A stretch of 64,000 nucleotides of DNA. Origin: Pseudomonadales bacterium (GTDB lineage Bacteria > Patescibacteriota > Microgenomatia > UBA1400 > PJMF01). Positions 33,401 to 41,301 of this stretch are shown here, one piece after another. The position numbers and the translations under genes are program-made. Under the pieces are notes generated by a model. That model worked only from the letters and a program-made list of their open reading frames with translations. It had not been told where the DNA came from and made no database searches. Positions within the stretch are counted from its first letter, which is position 1, and every line of letters begins with the position of its first letter. The stretch spans positions 919,272 to 983,271 of the forward strand of contig JACKFW010000001.1 of NCBI GenBank assembly GCA_020632265.1, given 5' to 3'.

Positions 33401-34437
33401 GTTGGTGTAGGCGTTGGTGTTCCAGCTGGTGGTGGATTCCAAGAGCAAGATTCACTTACTGGTGGATTGCAATAATCAGTATCATTTGGACAGCTAAGTC
33501 CTTCATCCGAACATGCATCCGGCTCGCTTGCATTGCAATTTAAATGTTTAGTACCAAAACAACTGGTTGAAGCGCAATTATTGCATTTGCCAAGCAGTCC
33601 TGGACCACAATCTCCATTAGGGGGGTTGAAGCAAGGAGCACCACCTAGATCACAAGTACAGTTTATATATCCTTTATATTCACAAACATAGCCACCGTCA
33701 CAGTAATCTGCAGCATATACTCTGGGAAAAATATTTTCTAGAATCCTAAATGAAAGAATGTTTGTTTCAAATTTAAATTTAAATAGGCTTTCATTATTCC
33801 TTATTTTTTGATCTACAAAAGTTTGAATTTTACCAAAGACTGTTAAATCTTCAGTGATTATTGATGATAAATATAATGGTCGAATAATATTATAATGAAA
33901 AATAATTCTCAACGAGGCAACTCCCTCATTTTTCAAATTTTGAAGATATTGTTTGTCAAGATAGATATAGTAGGTTAAGATTTCTGTATTATAGTCATAG
34001 GAATTTTTATAACCTTGCATGATAGAGTTATTAAATTGAAATGGAAATATGAGAGATGATTGCTCTTCTTGATTTAAAGATACAATATCATGAAATTCAA
34101 ACATTATTAATTTTGGATTGACAAACTGATTGCCACCTAAAACACGAAGTGAACTCAAATCCACTGGAAATCCTGGTTGAGAAAGTATTTCATCAAAAAA
34201 TGTTTGATTAGAAGAATCAGAATCAATTTGAAACCCTTTAATATCTGATTGAATTTTAAAAGTAATTGCTTCTTTGGTTGCTGTATAGTGAATATATTCT
34301 GTTTCTGATATTGTGTCAGAACTTTTTAGTTTCCAAATAAGTGCTAGCAAAGCAGTTATAAATAAGAAAACTAGAAAAAGTATTTTTGTGTTTTTTTTCA
34401 ACAACATAATTAACTCATTATGTAAGAAATAATGCAA
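30412..34437 (-). CDS. Giant (1341 aa) Cys-rich surface protein with PT linker and Ig-like (Big_2-like) domain; candidate pilus-associated adhesin
   Basis: N-terminal TM/signal; a dense Cys cluster (CDGGYVCEYKGYINCTCDLGGAPCFNPPNGDCGPG...); PTPTPTPTPT linker; VATGYTVELNAITS...TVNITVVA resembles bacterial Ig-like group 2 domains. Beta-rich C-terminal repeats. Co-oriented with the downstream pilin 29868-30389. Confidence 0.5.
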   Translation of the reverse strand: MHYFLHNELIMLLKKNTKILFLVFLFITALLALIWKLKSSDTISETEYIHYTATKEAITFKIQSDIKGFQIDSDSSNQTFFDEILSQPGFPVDLSSLRVLGGNQFVNPKLIMFEFHDIVSLNQEEQSSLIFPFQFNNSIMQGYKNSYDYNTEILTYYIYLDKQYLQNLKNEGVASLRIIFHYNIIRPLYLSSIITEDLTVFGKIQTFVDQKIRNNESLFKFKFETNILSFRILENIFPRVYAADYCDGGYVCEYKGYINCTCDLGGAPCFNPPNGDCGPGLLGKCNNCASTSCFGTKHLNCNASEPDACSDEGLSCPNDTDYCNPPVSESCSWNPPPAGTPTPTPTPTPTASPGMEWCYSCSQPNGGFCQNLGQVAQGTCATNCDACNSEPTPTATPTADPSCNISLTPVTSSQVATGYTVELNAITSNVQNGSISHVTFSSLNSSIATVSPDFDDSSPYTTLVTGDYPGTTTITANGYMGGSSRCSSTVNITVVATAEDEAPQCPSFQVTSPTVNTGGIAQYIAEITDDGINILPDHSFESGTVSYWPTLNNINEWYAVNSGAFSSPGIDGIFYAKLSRANNSDPHVATGWMQTGENLTDQEYTLTFLGKSHQYPKLVQYILIQRYPYLGDWTDTGVFIIDPIFYPDSWTRFKYNLTFPNPNNGSHTTRIRVVLRPPQDDSPVYYDSVKLFKTNTAGVDEDTVKFYYMPATYDPCDPANWTELGAGTRISNTDFYQILWDTSGMSEGDYYVIVNVSDIQGNLTSGNPSNCGELGVTYIDACGSTQSIVACTPSCGGTECGDTGATPNQVTNVRINGQDPNSNLDLTLDDNLTVTWDDPGTPDPNSTIDYYQINVWDKDRGPNRPDPCNTSSDCFNYQTANKVETYTITTPSHIYDNDLYVAVSAVNAIPCTPASGPWSDKSGYTLVAQVRGNFYIDPSPSLIGGNCLGDDTDPIDFSNYPGSSVYGSIGDQATTLTDSYTRLNVPYAPSSQWNDYGFTTSLEIDNSANPANILICSCPVGNNPLICTHTDSISPNLNEHFYVTTVNLSNGPWWQVVGGNAYGADSFITNIPQTCYDVNNTAICKPDAVTMNLDSDTNSAGIPMSGNAVSTNGYNSERGANDPKAENTTHENLIKENYNFFASEVDLGAATAISGTINSIPSDPGAESDTEIYYSNSDLSIDFSTTQNVVSSRNIVIFVNGNLSLTSNQDTRMLTVEPGGFIAFIVSGDINFDANIGNTNETNLDTNVEGVFVADGSINVKGYSDDPINDDTLKDNKFVGAGTFVGWSGINLTRDYENTNDITDKQLNNLNPIETFIFRPDFNINVPTIMMKPSIVWQEVN

Positions 34438-34486
34438 TAATGCAAGTTAGATAGATGCAGGAAATTTTTGTTAAAATCCGATGTGG

Positions 34487-36115
34487 TTATTCTTCAAAAA
34501 ATTCCGGATATGCTGCAATTACTTTAGTAAATTCAATAGGTGCTGATGGATAATTATAACCCTCTCCAAGGGATTGTTTAGCACGATCAAAGCGCGTAGA
34601 CGAGAACATAGTACGATATGCAGCGTCACGCGCAGCACTTTGTGTATGTTCTCTTTGTGTTTCAAAATCAAGCCCAAAAATTTGTGTTCCAGCGAAAAAT
34701 ATTGTGTTTAAGACATTACCGGCACCAATATTATTGCTATCCACTTCCACCATTCCCTCACCAACCTGGACTATATGATAGATAATATTAGGCTTAGCTG
34801 GATCTATAAATATGCCTACGCCAGATTTATTGTCGTCTGAACCAATTATATACGGCAAAACCAAGCGAACTTCTGTGCCATCGGTAAGTGTGGCATTAAA
34901 CCATCTGGCTTCAGATCCAGGAACTACATCAAATATAGAAATAATTTTAAGTTCTGGACCGAGATTAAACGGAATTTCCAAATATCCGTTGGTCTTCAAA
35001 TCTAACACTGGCATGAGATAACTTAAAGTATCTCCATCACCGCTTAATGAATTTTCCACTTCTTCTCTTGTGACATTGGGATTAATATCTAGAATCCTAG
35101 CAAGAAAAATTTCAGCCAAATATTTGTTAAATAACTCAACACTATCTGGTCTTGTTAATTCTAAAGTACCCAATGTCCCAATAACTTGTTCTGAAAACTC
35201 TTTGGTAAAATACATTTCATGGTGAGGACCAAACTCATCCCCTAACAATGTTCCTTCTCCTTCATGTCCAATAAAAGATGCAATCTCTGTTTCCCCCAAC
35301 AAAGCTTCTTCAACAGTATCGTAGCGTTTAGCTTCTATTTCCTCAGCTACTAGAGCCATAGTATCTTCTGTTGCTTCAGCTTCATTTGTTTCAACCGTAG
35401 TATCTTGTGTTGCTTCAGCTTCAGATGTTGTTGTAGTAGTTGGTGCAGGTGTACCATCACTTTCTGATAGAAACCATTCGTGATTTGTTGGTTCTGGTGT
35501 AACTTGTTTACCAATTATGAGTTCGCCGTTATCGTTTGTACCATATACATAAGTGGTGCCTTTATTTGAACGCACTACTAAAGCAGTTACTATTTTAGCT
35601 TGATGTTTTTCTGCCCAATCAATTGCCTCTTGCAATGGTATTCTAGTTGATACTATCTCATTTTCAGGAGTTTTAGTTAGAACAATTGTTTCATCTCCTA
35701 CATTAAAAAAGGCTACTGTATTTCCATTATCAACAAATTCAATATTTGATTCAGGAGTTGCTCCTTCTTCTATCGCAGCTTCTAAAAAATCAGAATCTGT
35801 AATAGTTGTCATGGGTGGTTCGGGAGGCGTTGATCCCGATGATGCTTCAGGTTGTTCGGGAGGCGTTGATCCTGATGGTGCTTCAGAAGTAGGAGCCTCT
35901 CGAGCTGCAACTGGTGGGATGCCACCACTTTGATTCGTAATTGCTTCTGGATCTTCGACTAAACTAGCTGGATTATTTGGGATATCTTGATCCACTTGTC
36001 GGGGTGTATCACAAGAAGATGTAGTTATTAAAATAAATGCAAATAAAATAAAACCAACTGCTTGCTGCATTTTATGATGTTCACTTAGAAAATGCTTAAT
36101 ATTGTCGTGCCCCAT
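34487..36115 (-). CDS. Lipoprotein-like secreted hypothetical protein (542 aa) with Pro/Glu/Thr-rich repeats
   Basis: Signal plus near-lipobox MQQAVGFILFAFILITTSSC, then EAPSGSTPPEQPEASSGSTPPEPP repeats. Sits upstream in the same operon as the giant protein. Confidence 0.4.
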   Translation of the reverse strand: MGHDNIKHFLSEHHKMQQAVGFILFAFILITTSSCDTPRQVDQDIPNNPASLVEDPEAITNQSGGIPPVAAREAPTSEAPSGSTPPEQPEASSGSTPPEPPMTTITDSDFLEAAIEEGATPESNIEFVDNGNTVAFFNVGDETIVLTKTPENEIVSTRIPLQEAIDWAEKHQAKIVTALVVRSNKGTTYVYGTNDNGELIIGKQVTPEPTNHEWFLSESDGTPAPTTTTTSEAEATQDTTVETNEAEATEDTMALVAEEIEAKRYDTVEEALLGETEIASFIGHEGEGTLLGDEFGPHHEMYFTKEFSEQVIGTLGTLELTRPDSVELFNKYLAEIFLARILDINPNVTREEVENSLSGDGDTLSYLMPVLDLKTNGYLEIPFNLGPELKIISIFDVVPGSEARWFNATLTDGTEVRLVLPYIIGSDDNKSGVGIFIDPAKPNIIYHIVQVGEGMVEVDSNNIGAGNVLNTIFFAGTQIFGLDFETQREHTQSAARDAAYRTMFSSTRFDRAKQSLGEGYNYPSAPIEFTKVIAAYPEFFEE

Positions 36116-36396
36116 ACTTTTTAATCCTATATTTTTATAATTAATGATTTGTTGTTAATAAATTTTTTTATTTATAGTCTTTAATATTTTTTAATTTGAT
36201 CTTACCCTAATTATATAACATAGTCTTATAATAAATCAATATATATCAAATACACATTACGATTTTTAATAGTAATCATATCAGAAGTTCTAATATACTA
36301 TGATTATATATGACAATATAACAAAATGACAAAGTGACTTCAATAATGTTGATCAAGATCTTATTTTAGATTTTGTTTAAATTTATGCATTTATTG

Positions 36397-36969
36397 TCAA
36401 TATAAATTCTTTTGATTATTTTTATCCATATTTTGAGAAATAAGTTTTCTAATAAACGATGCTTTAGAAATCCCTTCTTTTTTTGAATATTCCTGAATAT
36501 GGGAACTTAATTTTGGTGAAAGCATGAGATTAAAGCGAGATTTTCCTTGATTGTTAGCAAAACTTATTGAATCATTAAGGATTTTTTTTAAATTTTTGGG
36601 TTCATATTCAATTAATTGAAAATTGTCGTCTTCTATTCCTAAAATAAATCCTGGTTCATGTTTATTAATGTATAATGCAATAACTGGAATTCTAAGGTCT
36701 AAAGCATACTTTATCAAATATCCCATCGTTAAACTATGAGTAGATACTTCTAAGATTACAACTTCAGATTTTTTTATTAATTTTAATGCGTTATTGTGTA
36801 CTTCAGTTTTGTGATTATCAGATGAGGAATAAAATTTATTTGGATCAGTATTAATTTCATAATTATCAGTGTTTTTATGTTCAAGGTTTGAAATTAAATT
36901 ATGAATGATTTTATAGTTTAGTTTGATTTCTTTTGGCGCTCTTGCAGATGCAGTAAAATATATATTCAT
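36397..36969 (-). CDS. Flavodoxin-fold (TIR / nucleoside-2-deoxyribosyltransferase-like) domain fused to a C-terminal ribbon-helix-helix: paralog A
   Basis: Start re-called at MNIYFTAS by alignment with paralog B (track ORF extends 13 aa further). Shares IFYTAS.R, SEVVILEVSTHSL(T/S)MG, PVIALY and IEY with B. The tail RFNLMLSPKLSSHIQEYSKKEGISKASFIRKLI has an RHH beta-alpha-alpha pattern. Confidence 0.45.
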   Translation of the reverse strand: MNIYFTASARAPKEIKLNYKIIHNLISNLEHKNTDNYEINTDPNKFYSSSDNHKTEVHNNALKLIKKSEVVILEVSTHSLTMGYLIKYALDLRIPVIALYINKHEPGFILGIEDDNFQLIEYEPKNLKKILNDSISFANNQGKSRFNLMLSPKLSSHIQEYSKKEGISKASFIRKLISQNMDKNNQKNLY

Positions 36970-36982
36970 AATATTATTTTTT

Positions 36983-37954
36983 TCAATAATTTTTGCTGTC
37001 ACAAACAATTTTAATTTGAAAGAATCCGTGAAAACTTATTTTTGGCAATCCAATATATTCAATTTTAATATTTTTGAAACCACATTTATTAAGAAGAAAT
37101 TTCCATTCTGAAACGCTCTTAAATTGAAAAGGTAGATTCATTTTAGTAAGTCCTTGAGTCACGATATTTCCATAAAAATCCATTAACATGACCGACTCCA
37201 TTTGAGATTTTGGAGATAAATTCAAGAATTGTTCAGTGATTTTCTTGTTTTTATTGAGATTATTTTTTTTAATGTATTTAGAGTCAAAAACATCTTCAAT
37301 GATAATGAGTCTTTTGGAAATTTTAGAAAGTTCAGTAATTGTGTTGATAAGATTGCTTTTTGATATATGATGTAAAACAGTTATTAATATTGATGTATCA
37401 TTTTTGATAATTCTTTTTGAGATGTCTGAAGAAGAATTAATTTTGATGAATGGAATACTGCTTTGTTTGATTTCTCTATAATCTAATACATCACTTGAGA
37501 TAATTTTAAATCCTTTATCCAGAATCAATTTTGACATATAGCCTTTACCAGAGCCAAAATCAAGAATTTTTTCTCCTATAATGTCATTCTTTATTATTGA
37601 ATAGTAATAGTTTGGTTTCAAAAATGATTTATACAAATCATATTCTTTATAAAACTCTTCGGCCTTATTCTTTGAATAAATATTTTTTGAAATAAAGTTA
37701 ATTGAATTTTTAAGATTTATGATACTTAGATTCTTTTGTTGACTTTCTTGTAGAATTTTAAAAGTTTGATCAATTAATATTGAAGAATATTTATTTGATG
37801 AAAATATACAATGATAATGCTCTGTAATAACATATTTAACAAATTCAATTACATTTTCATTTCTTAATAATTTACATAGATTTATACTATTTACAACATC
37901 AGTAAGAATAGTTTCCGAATGAAAGTTCTGAATTATATTATTTCGAAATGTCAT
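36983..37954 (-). CDS. Class I SAM-dependent methyltransferase
   Basis: Motif I ILDFGSGKGYMS followed by an acidic residue at the end of beta2 (KIISSDVLD). 323 aa. Directly upstream of paralog A on the same strand. Confidence 0.6.
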   Translation of the reverse strand: MTFRNNIIQNFHSETILTDVVNSINLCKLLRNENVIEFVKYVITEHYHCIFSSNKYSSILIDQTFKILQESQQKNLSIINLKNSINFISKNIYSKNKAEEFYKEYDLYKSFLKPNYYYSIIKNDIIGEKILDFGSGKGYMSKLILDKGFKIISSDVLDYREIKQSSIPFIKINSSSDISKRIIKNDTSILITVLHHISKSNLINTITELSKISKRLIIIEDVFDSKYIKKNNLNKNKKITEQFLNLSPKSQMESVMLMDFYGNIVTQGLTKMNLPFQFKSVSEWKFLLNKCGFKNIKIEYIGLPKISFHGFFQIKIVCDSKNY

Positions 37955-38001
37955 GTAGTTAAAGTATAATTAAAAATCGTAGGTTGGAATTATAACAGAA
38001 A

Positions 38002-38018
38002 ACACACAATAAGTGTGT
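38002..38018. promoter_or_regulatory. Perfect 17-bp palindrome ACACACAATAAGTGTGT in the divergent promoter region between the methyltransferase and paralog B
   Basis: Seen in sequence. Lies in a 169-bp intergenic region flanked by two genes encoding RHH domains. Confidence 0.35.
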
Positions 38019-38123
38019 AACACAACAAGAACACTCATGTTATGTTAGGTGTGATTAATATCATGATATAATGCATCGTTGTTTGATTAGTAAATATAAT
38101 TTTAATAATTCATTTTTTTATTT

Positions 38124-38696
38124 ATGAAAATTTTTTATACTGCTTCTCTGAGAGGTATTAAAACAAATAGAGAAAAATTGCAAAACATTTATAATCTAAT
38201 AGAAAAGTTAGGGCATAAAAATCTTGACAAAGTACTATTTAATATTGAAGACAAAGATAAATTTTATAATGGAAAGCATGCTGAGAAAATTAGCCATTTT
38301 CAAAGAATGATACGGTCTATAAAACAATCTGAAGTTGTAATCTTAGAAGTATCTACTCATAGCTTATCAATGGGTTTTATTCTACATAAAGCCCTCGAAA
38401 TGAATAAACCCGTCATTGCACTATACCAACCAGGAAATCCCCCATTTTTTGCCCAAGGCATTGAAAATGATAAATTACAAGTAATCGAGTACACAGAATC
38501 TGATTTGGAAAACATACTCAAGGATTCAATAGACTATGCTCAAGGAAAATCAGATGTTAGATTTAATTTTTTTATTTCACCCGAAATTGGAAATTATCTA
38601 GATTGGATCTCAAAAGTAAAGAAAATTCCTCGCTCGGTTTATTTGCGAACTCTAATTGAGAAAGATATGGAAAAGAATAGTGAGTTTAAATCATAA
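38124..38696 (+). CDS. Flavodoxin-fold (TIR / nucleoside-2-deoxyribosyltransferase-like) domain fused to a C-terminal ribbon-helix-helix: paralog B
   Basis: MKIFYTASLRG...SEVVILEVSTHSLSMGFILHKALEMNKPVIALY...RFNFFISPEIGNYLDWISKVKKIPRSVYLRTLIEKDM. About 45% identical to paralog A, with the same 190-aa length. Confidence 0.45.
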   Translation: MKIFYTASLRGIKTNREKLQNIYNLIEKLGHKNLDKVLFNIEDKDKFYNGKHAEKISHFQRMIRSIKQSEVVILEVSTHSLSMGFILHKALEMNKPVIALYQPGNPPFFAQGIENDKLQVIEYTESDLENILKDSIDYAQGKSDVRFNFFISPEIGNYLDWISKVKKIPRSVYLRTLIEKDMEKNSEFKS

Positions 38697-38757
38697 ATTC
38701 TATTTATAACCTATCTCCCATTGCGTTTTAATATCTTATTAAGGTATTATTGATATA

Positions 38758-38779
38758 TTAACAGATCAAGATCTGTTAA
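38758..38779. promoter_or_regulatory. 22-bp perfect inverted repeat TTAACAGATC-AA-GATCTGTTAA downstream of paralog B and upstream of the PilX-like gene
   Basis: Seen in sequence. Could be a terminator stem or an operator. Confidence 0.3.
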
Positions 38780-38813
38780 TAAATTTTGCAGTATAACTTG
38801 TCTGGGTAAATAA

Positions 38814-39617
38814 ATGTATAAAGTGTATCCAATGATCCCAACCAAAAATCAGCAAGGCCAAATAGCCATAGTAATTTTATTAATCATGGTAGTGTTATTA
38901 ACAATTGGTTTGTCTCTTGCTTCAAGAACAACTCAGGAAGTTTTTCTTTCTCAACAAGAGGCTGAATCTACCAGAGTATTCAATGCTGCTGAATCAGGAG
39001 TCGAAGACGCTTTATCACAAGATTTTTCAGCAATGTCTGGAACTCAAAACCTTCCGAATGTTGGAATTGATAACGTTACAACAAATACCACAATTATTCC
39101 TCAAGGAGTGATTGAGACTCAAATCACCGAAGGTACTTCTGTACACCTAGATTTAACAGGAATTGCTGGTGGCTCTCCGATTACAATTGAATGGTCTAAA
39201 AATTCTGATTGTGACAATTCCGCTTCACTGATCGCCACAACATATTATGACGACGCGGGAGAAACTAAAGTAGTTCATGATCCTTTTGGACCAGAACTTC
39301 CTTGCACTTCACCTAGAGACGTTGATGATTTTACTAGAGAACCAAGTGTTGACGCCGTCTATAAGTACAAGCACACTCTTAATTTGCCAACTGGCATTGG
39401 TGTAACGCCATTATTTATGAGAATTAAAGCCGTTTATGCTGATACACCTCTCAGGGTTACTGGAGCTGAAGCCACCAATCAATACTTTATTATCAGAGCT
39501 GAGGCAAATAATGATCTTGGAGATGAAAGTCGTACTATCGAAGTTGGCAGAGGTCTTTCGACAGCACCATCATTTATGGATTATGCCTTGTACTCTGGAG
39601 GTACATTAGGACAATAG
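38814..39617 (+). CDS. PilX-like type IV pilus assembly/minor pilin-like protein
   Basis: N-terminus NQQGQIAIVILLIMVVLLTIGLSLASRTTQEV resembles the PilX N-terminal domain. Located immediately upstream of pilMNO. Confidence 0.45.
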   Translation: MYKVYPMIPTKNQQGQIAIVILLIMVVLLTIGLSLASRTTQEVFLSQQEAESTRVFNAAESGVEDALSQDFSAMSGTQNLPNVGIDNVTTNTTIIPQGVIETQITEGTSVHLDLTGIAGGSPITIEWSKNSDCDNSASLIATTYYDDAGETKVVHDPFGPELPCTSPRDVDDFTREPSVDAVYKYKHTLNLPTGIGVTPLFMRIKAVYADTPLRVTGAEATNQYFIIRAEANNDLGDESRTIEVGRGLSTAPSFMDYALYSGGTLGQ

Positions 39618-39652
39618 TAAAATAACTAATACAATAGTAATAAATTATAATT

Positions 39653-40672
39653 TTGGAAGATCATATGCCTGCCGTAGCATTAGACATTGGAACATATAGT
39701 ATTAAAGCAGTACATGCTAAACCTGGAAAAGTTGTGGAGGTTCAACGTGTTGTTGAAGTTTTCAATGAAACGGGTATTGCTTTACCAACAGATGATGTAA
39801 GCGTGGCTAAACTCAAAGAACTGCTAGATTCTTTTTTTGGTGATAATGAATTGCCAAGAAACGATGTACGTCTATCTCTTCCAGAAACAATTATTTCAAC
39901 CAAAGTTATAAATATTCCCCCACTTTCTGATGCTGAATTAGCATCCGCAATTGGTTGGCAAGCAGAACAACATATTCCAATTCCTCCAGAAGAGCTTTCT
40001 CTTGAATATCAAGTCCTTTATCGGCCTGAAAAAAGAGAAAATAAACAAATGAGAGTCTTACTTGTTGGAACTAGAAAAAGAATGGTGGAGAGGTATGTAG
40101 CAATGTTTAATGAAATTGGAATTGAGCCCTCATTACTTGAAACTCAAATAATTTCAGTAATTAGGTCGCTTCAATTTACTCAAGAAGATCCAACGACTTT
40201 GATTGCTCATATTGGCTCATCAAGTATGAATTTGTCAATTGTTATGGCAGGTGAACTCAAGTTTGTGATTTCACAGATGAATGGTGGTCAAATGCTTACA
40301 AAAGCATTGGAAACATCAATTGGGTTGGACTCTGCTCAAGCAGAACAATATAAAAGAAGTTATGGACTTGATGGTTCGCAATTTCAAGGCAAAGTTAAAG
40401 AAGCTTTATTGCCTGCAATGAATATGTTGTTAGCTGAAATTAGAAAATCAGTTCAATTTTTTGTAAATCAAAATCCCCAAGATACAGTTCAAAGAATTGT
40501 TCTGTCTGGTGGAACTGCATTATTGCCTGGAATAGTTCAACATATTACCAATGAACTTGGAGTTGAGGTGCTTATTGCCTCTCCTTTTTCAGGTGCAAAA
40601 GGACAGGTTCCAGAAAATGTCAATCACCCTGCAATGAGTGTTTGCATGGGACTTTTACAACGTGAGATGTAA
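39653..40672 (+). CDS. pilM: Type IV pilus assembly protein PilM (actin-like)
   Basis: ALDIGTYSIKAV N-terminal phosphate-1 motif and the ...LSGGTALLPG adenosine motif. 339 aa. Confidence 0.75.
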   Translation: MEDHMPAVALDIGTYSIKAVHAKPGKVVEVQRVVEVFNETGIALPTDDVSVAKLKELLDSFFGDNELPRNDVRLSLPETIISTKVINIPPLSDAELASAIGWQAEQHIPIPPEELSLEYQVLYRPEKRENKQMRVLLVGTRKRMVERYVAMFNEIGIEPSLLETQIISVIRSLQFTQEDPTTLIAHIGSSSMNLSIVMAGELKFVISQMNGGQMLTKALETSIGLDSAQAEQYKRSYGLDGSQFQGKVKEALLPAMNMLLAEIRKSVQFFVNQNPQDTVQRIVLSGGTALLPGIVQHITNELGVEVLIASPFSGAKGQVPENVNHPAMSVCMGLLQREM

Positions 40673-40697
40673 TATACAAACTAGTTATTAAGTCATA

Positions 40698-41300
40698 ATG
40701 TCAAAATCAATCAATTTTGTTGGAGATAGAAGAAAACGTCTCACAAAAACTCAAAAACAAGACAAAAAAATTATGGGCATCATGATTAATGTTGTAATTG
40801 CAATTTTTGCAATTTTTTTAATTGTTTTAGGGTTGAGAGTTTTTTATGTTTTTAGAGTAAAGTCAGTCAAGGATGAGCAAATTAGTGTTAAAAATATCAT
40901 TCTTTCACATGAGAGTGTTGAGAAAGAATATATTATTTTTGCTCAAAAATTAAAAAAATTAGCAGTATTTTTTGGAAAAAGAAAAGATAAGCAGGAAGCG
41001 CTAGTATTTTTTAGTGAAGTTTTTGGTGATGAAGTTATTGTAAGTGGGATTGATTATAGTTCTTCAGATGAAGACGTGGTTTCATTTGTTATTAAGGCTC
41101 CAAATATCTTTGTGATGGAGAGAGTTTTTACTACTATAGATTCTGTTGATGTAGCTTCTAAATATCCTAATATTACTAAGAAAAATATGAGACGCTCAAG
41201 TACGGGTAACTATACTGTAGATTTGACAGTTATACTGGTTGCTGAGGCTGATTTAGTTGGATCACAACCAGTTAGTCCAAATTCGGAAGGTATTCAATAA
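40698..41300 (+). CDS. pilN: PilN-like inner-membrane pilus alignment protein
   Basis: Basic N-terminus, a single TM (IMINVVIAIFAIFLIVLGL) and a periplasmic domain. Position after pilM. Confidence 0.5.
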   Translation: MSKSINFVGDRRKRLTKTQKQDKKIMGIMINVVIAIFAIFLIVLGLRVFYVFRVKSVKDEQISVKNIILSHESVEKEYIIFAQKLKKLAVFFGKRKDKQEALVFFSEVFGDEVIVSGIDYSSSDEDVVSFVIKAPNIFVMERVFTTIDSVDVASKYPNITKKNMRRSSTGNYTVDLTVILVAEADLVGSQPVSPNSEGIQ

Positions 41301-41301
41301 G

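Noticed and set aside
34812-35021. Possible CRISPR or IS element in the pilus/accessory region.
   Set aside because: No regularly spaced direct repeats with unique spacers were seen, and no transposase-like ORF or terminal inverted repeats. The repeats seen are in-frame coding repeats or short intergenic tandem arrays.
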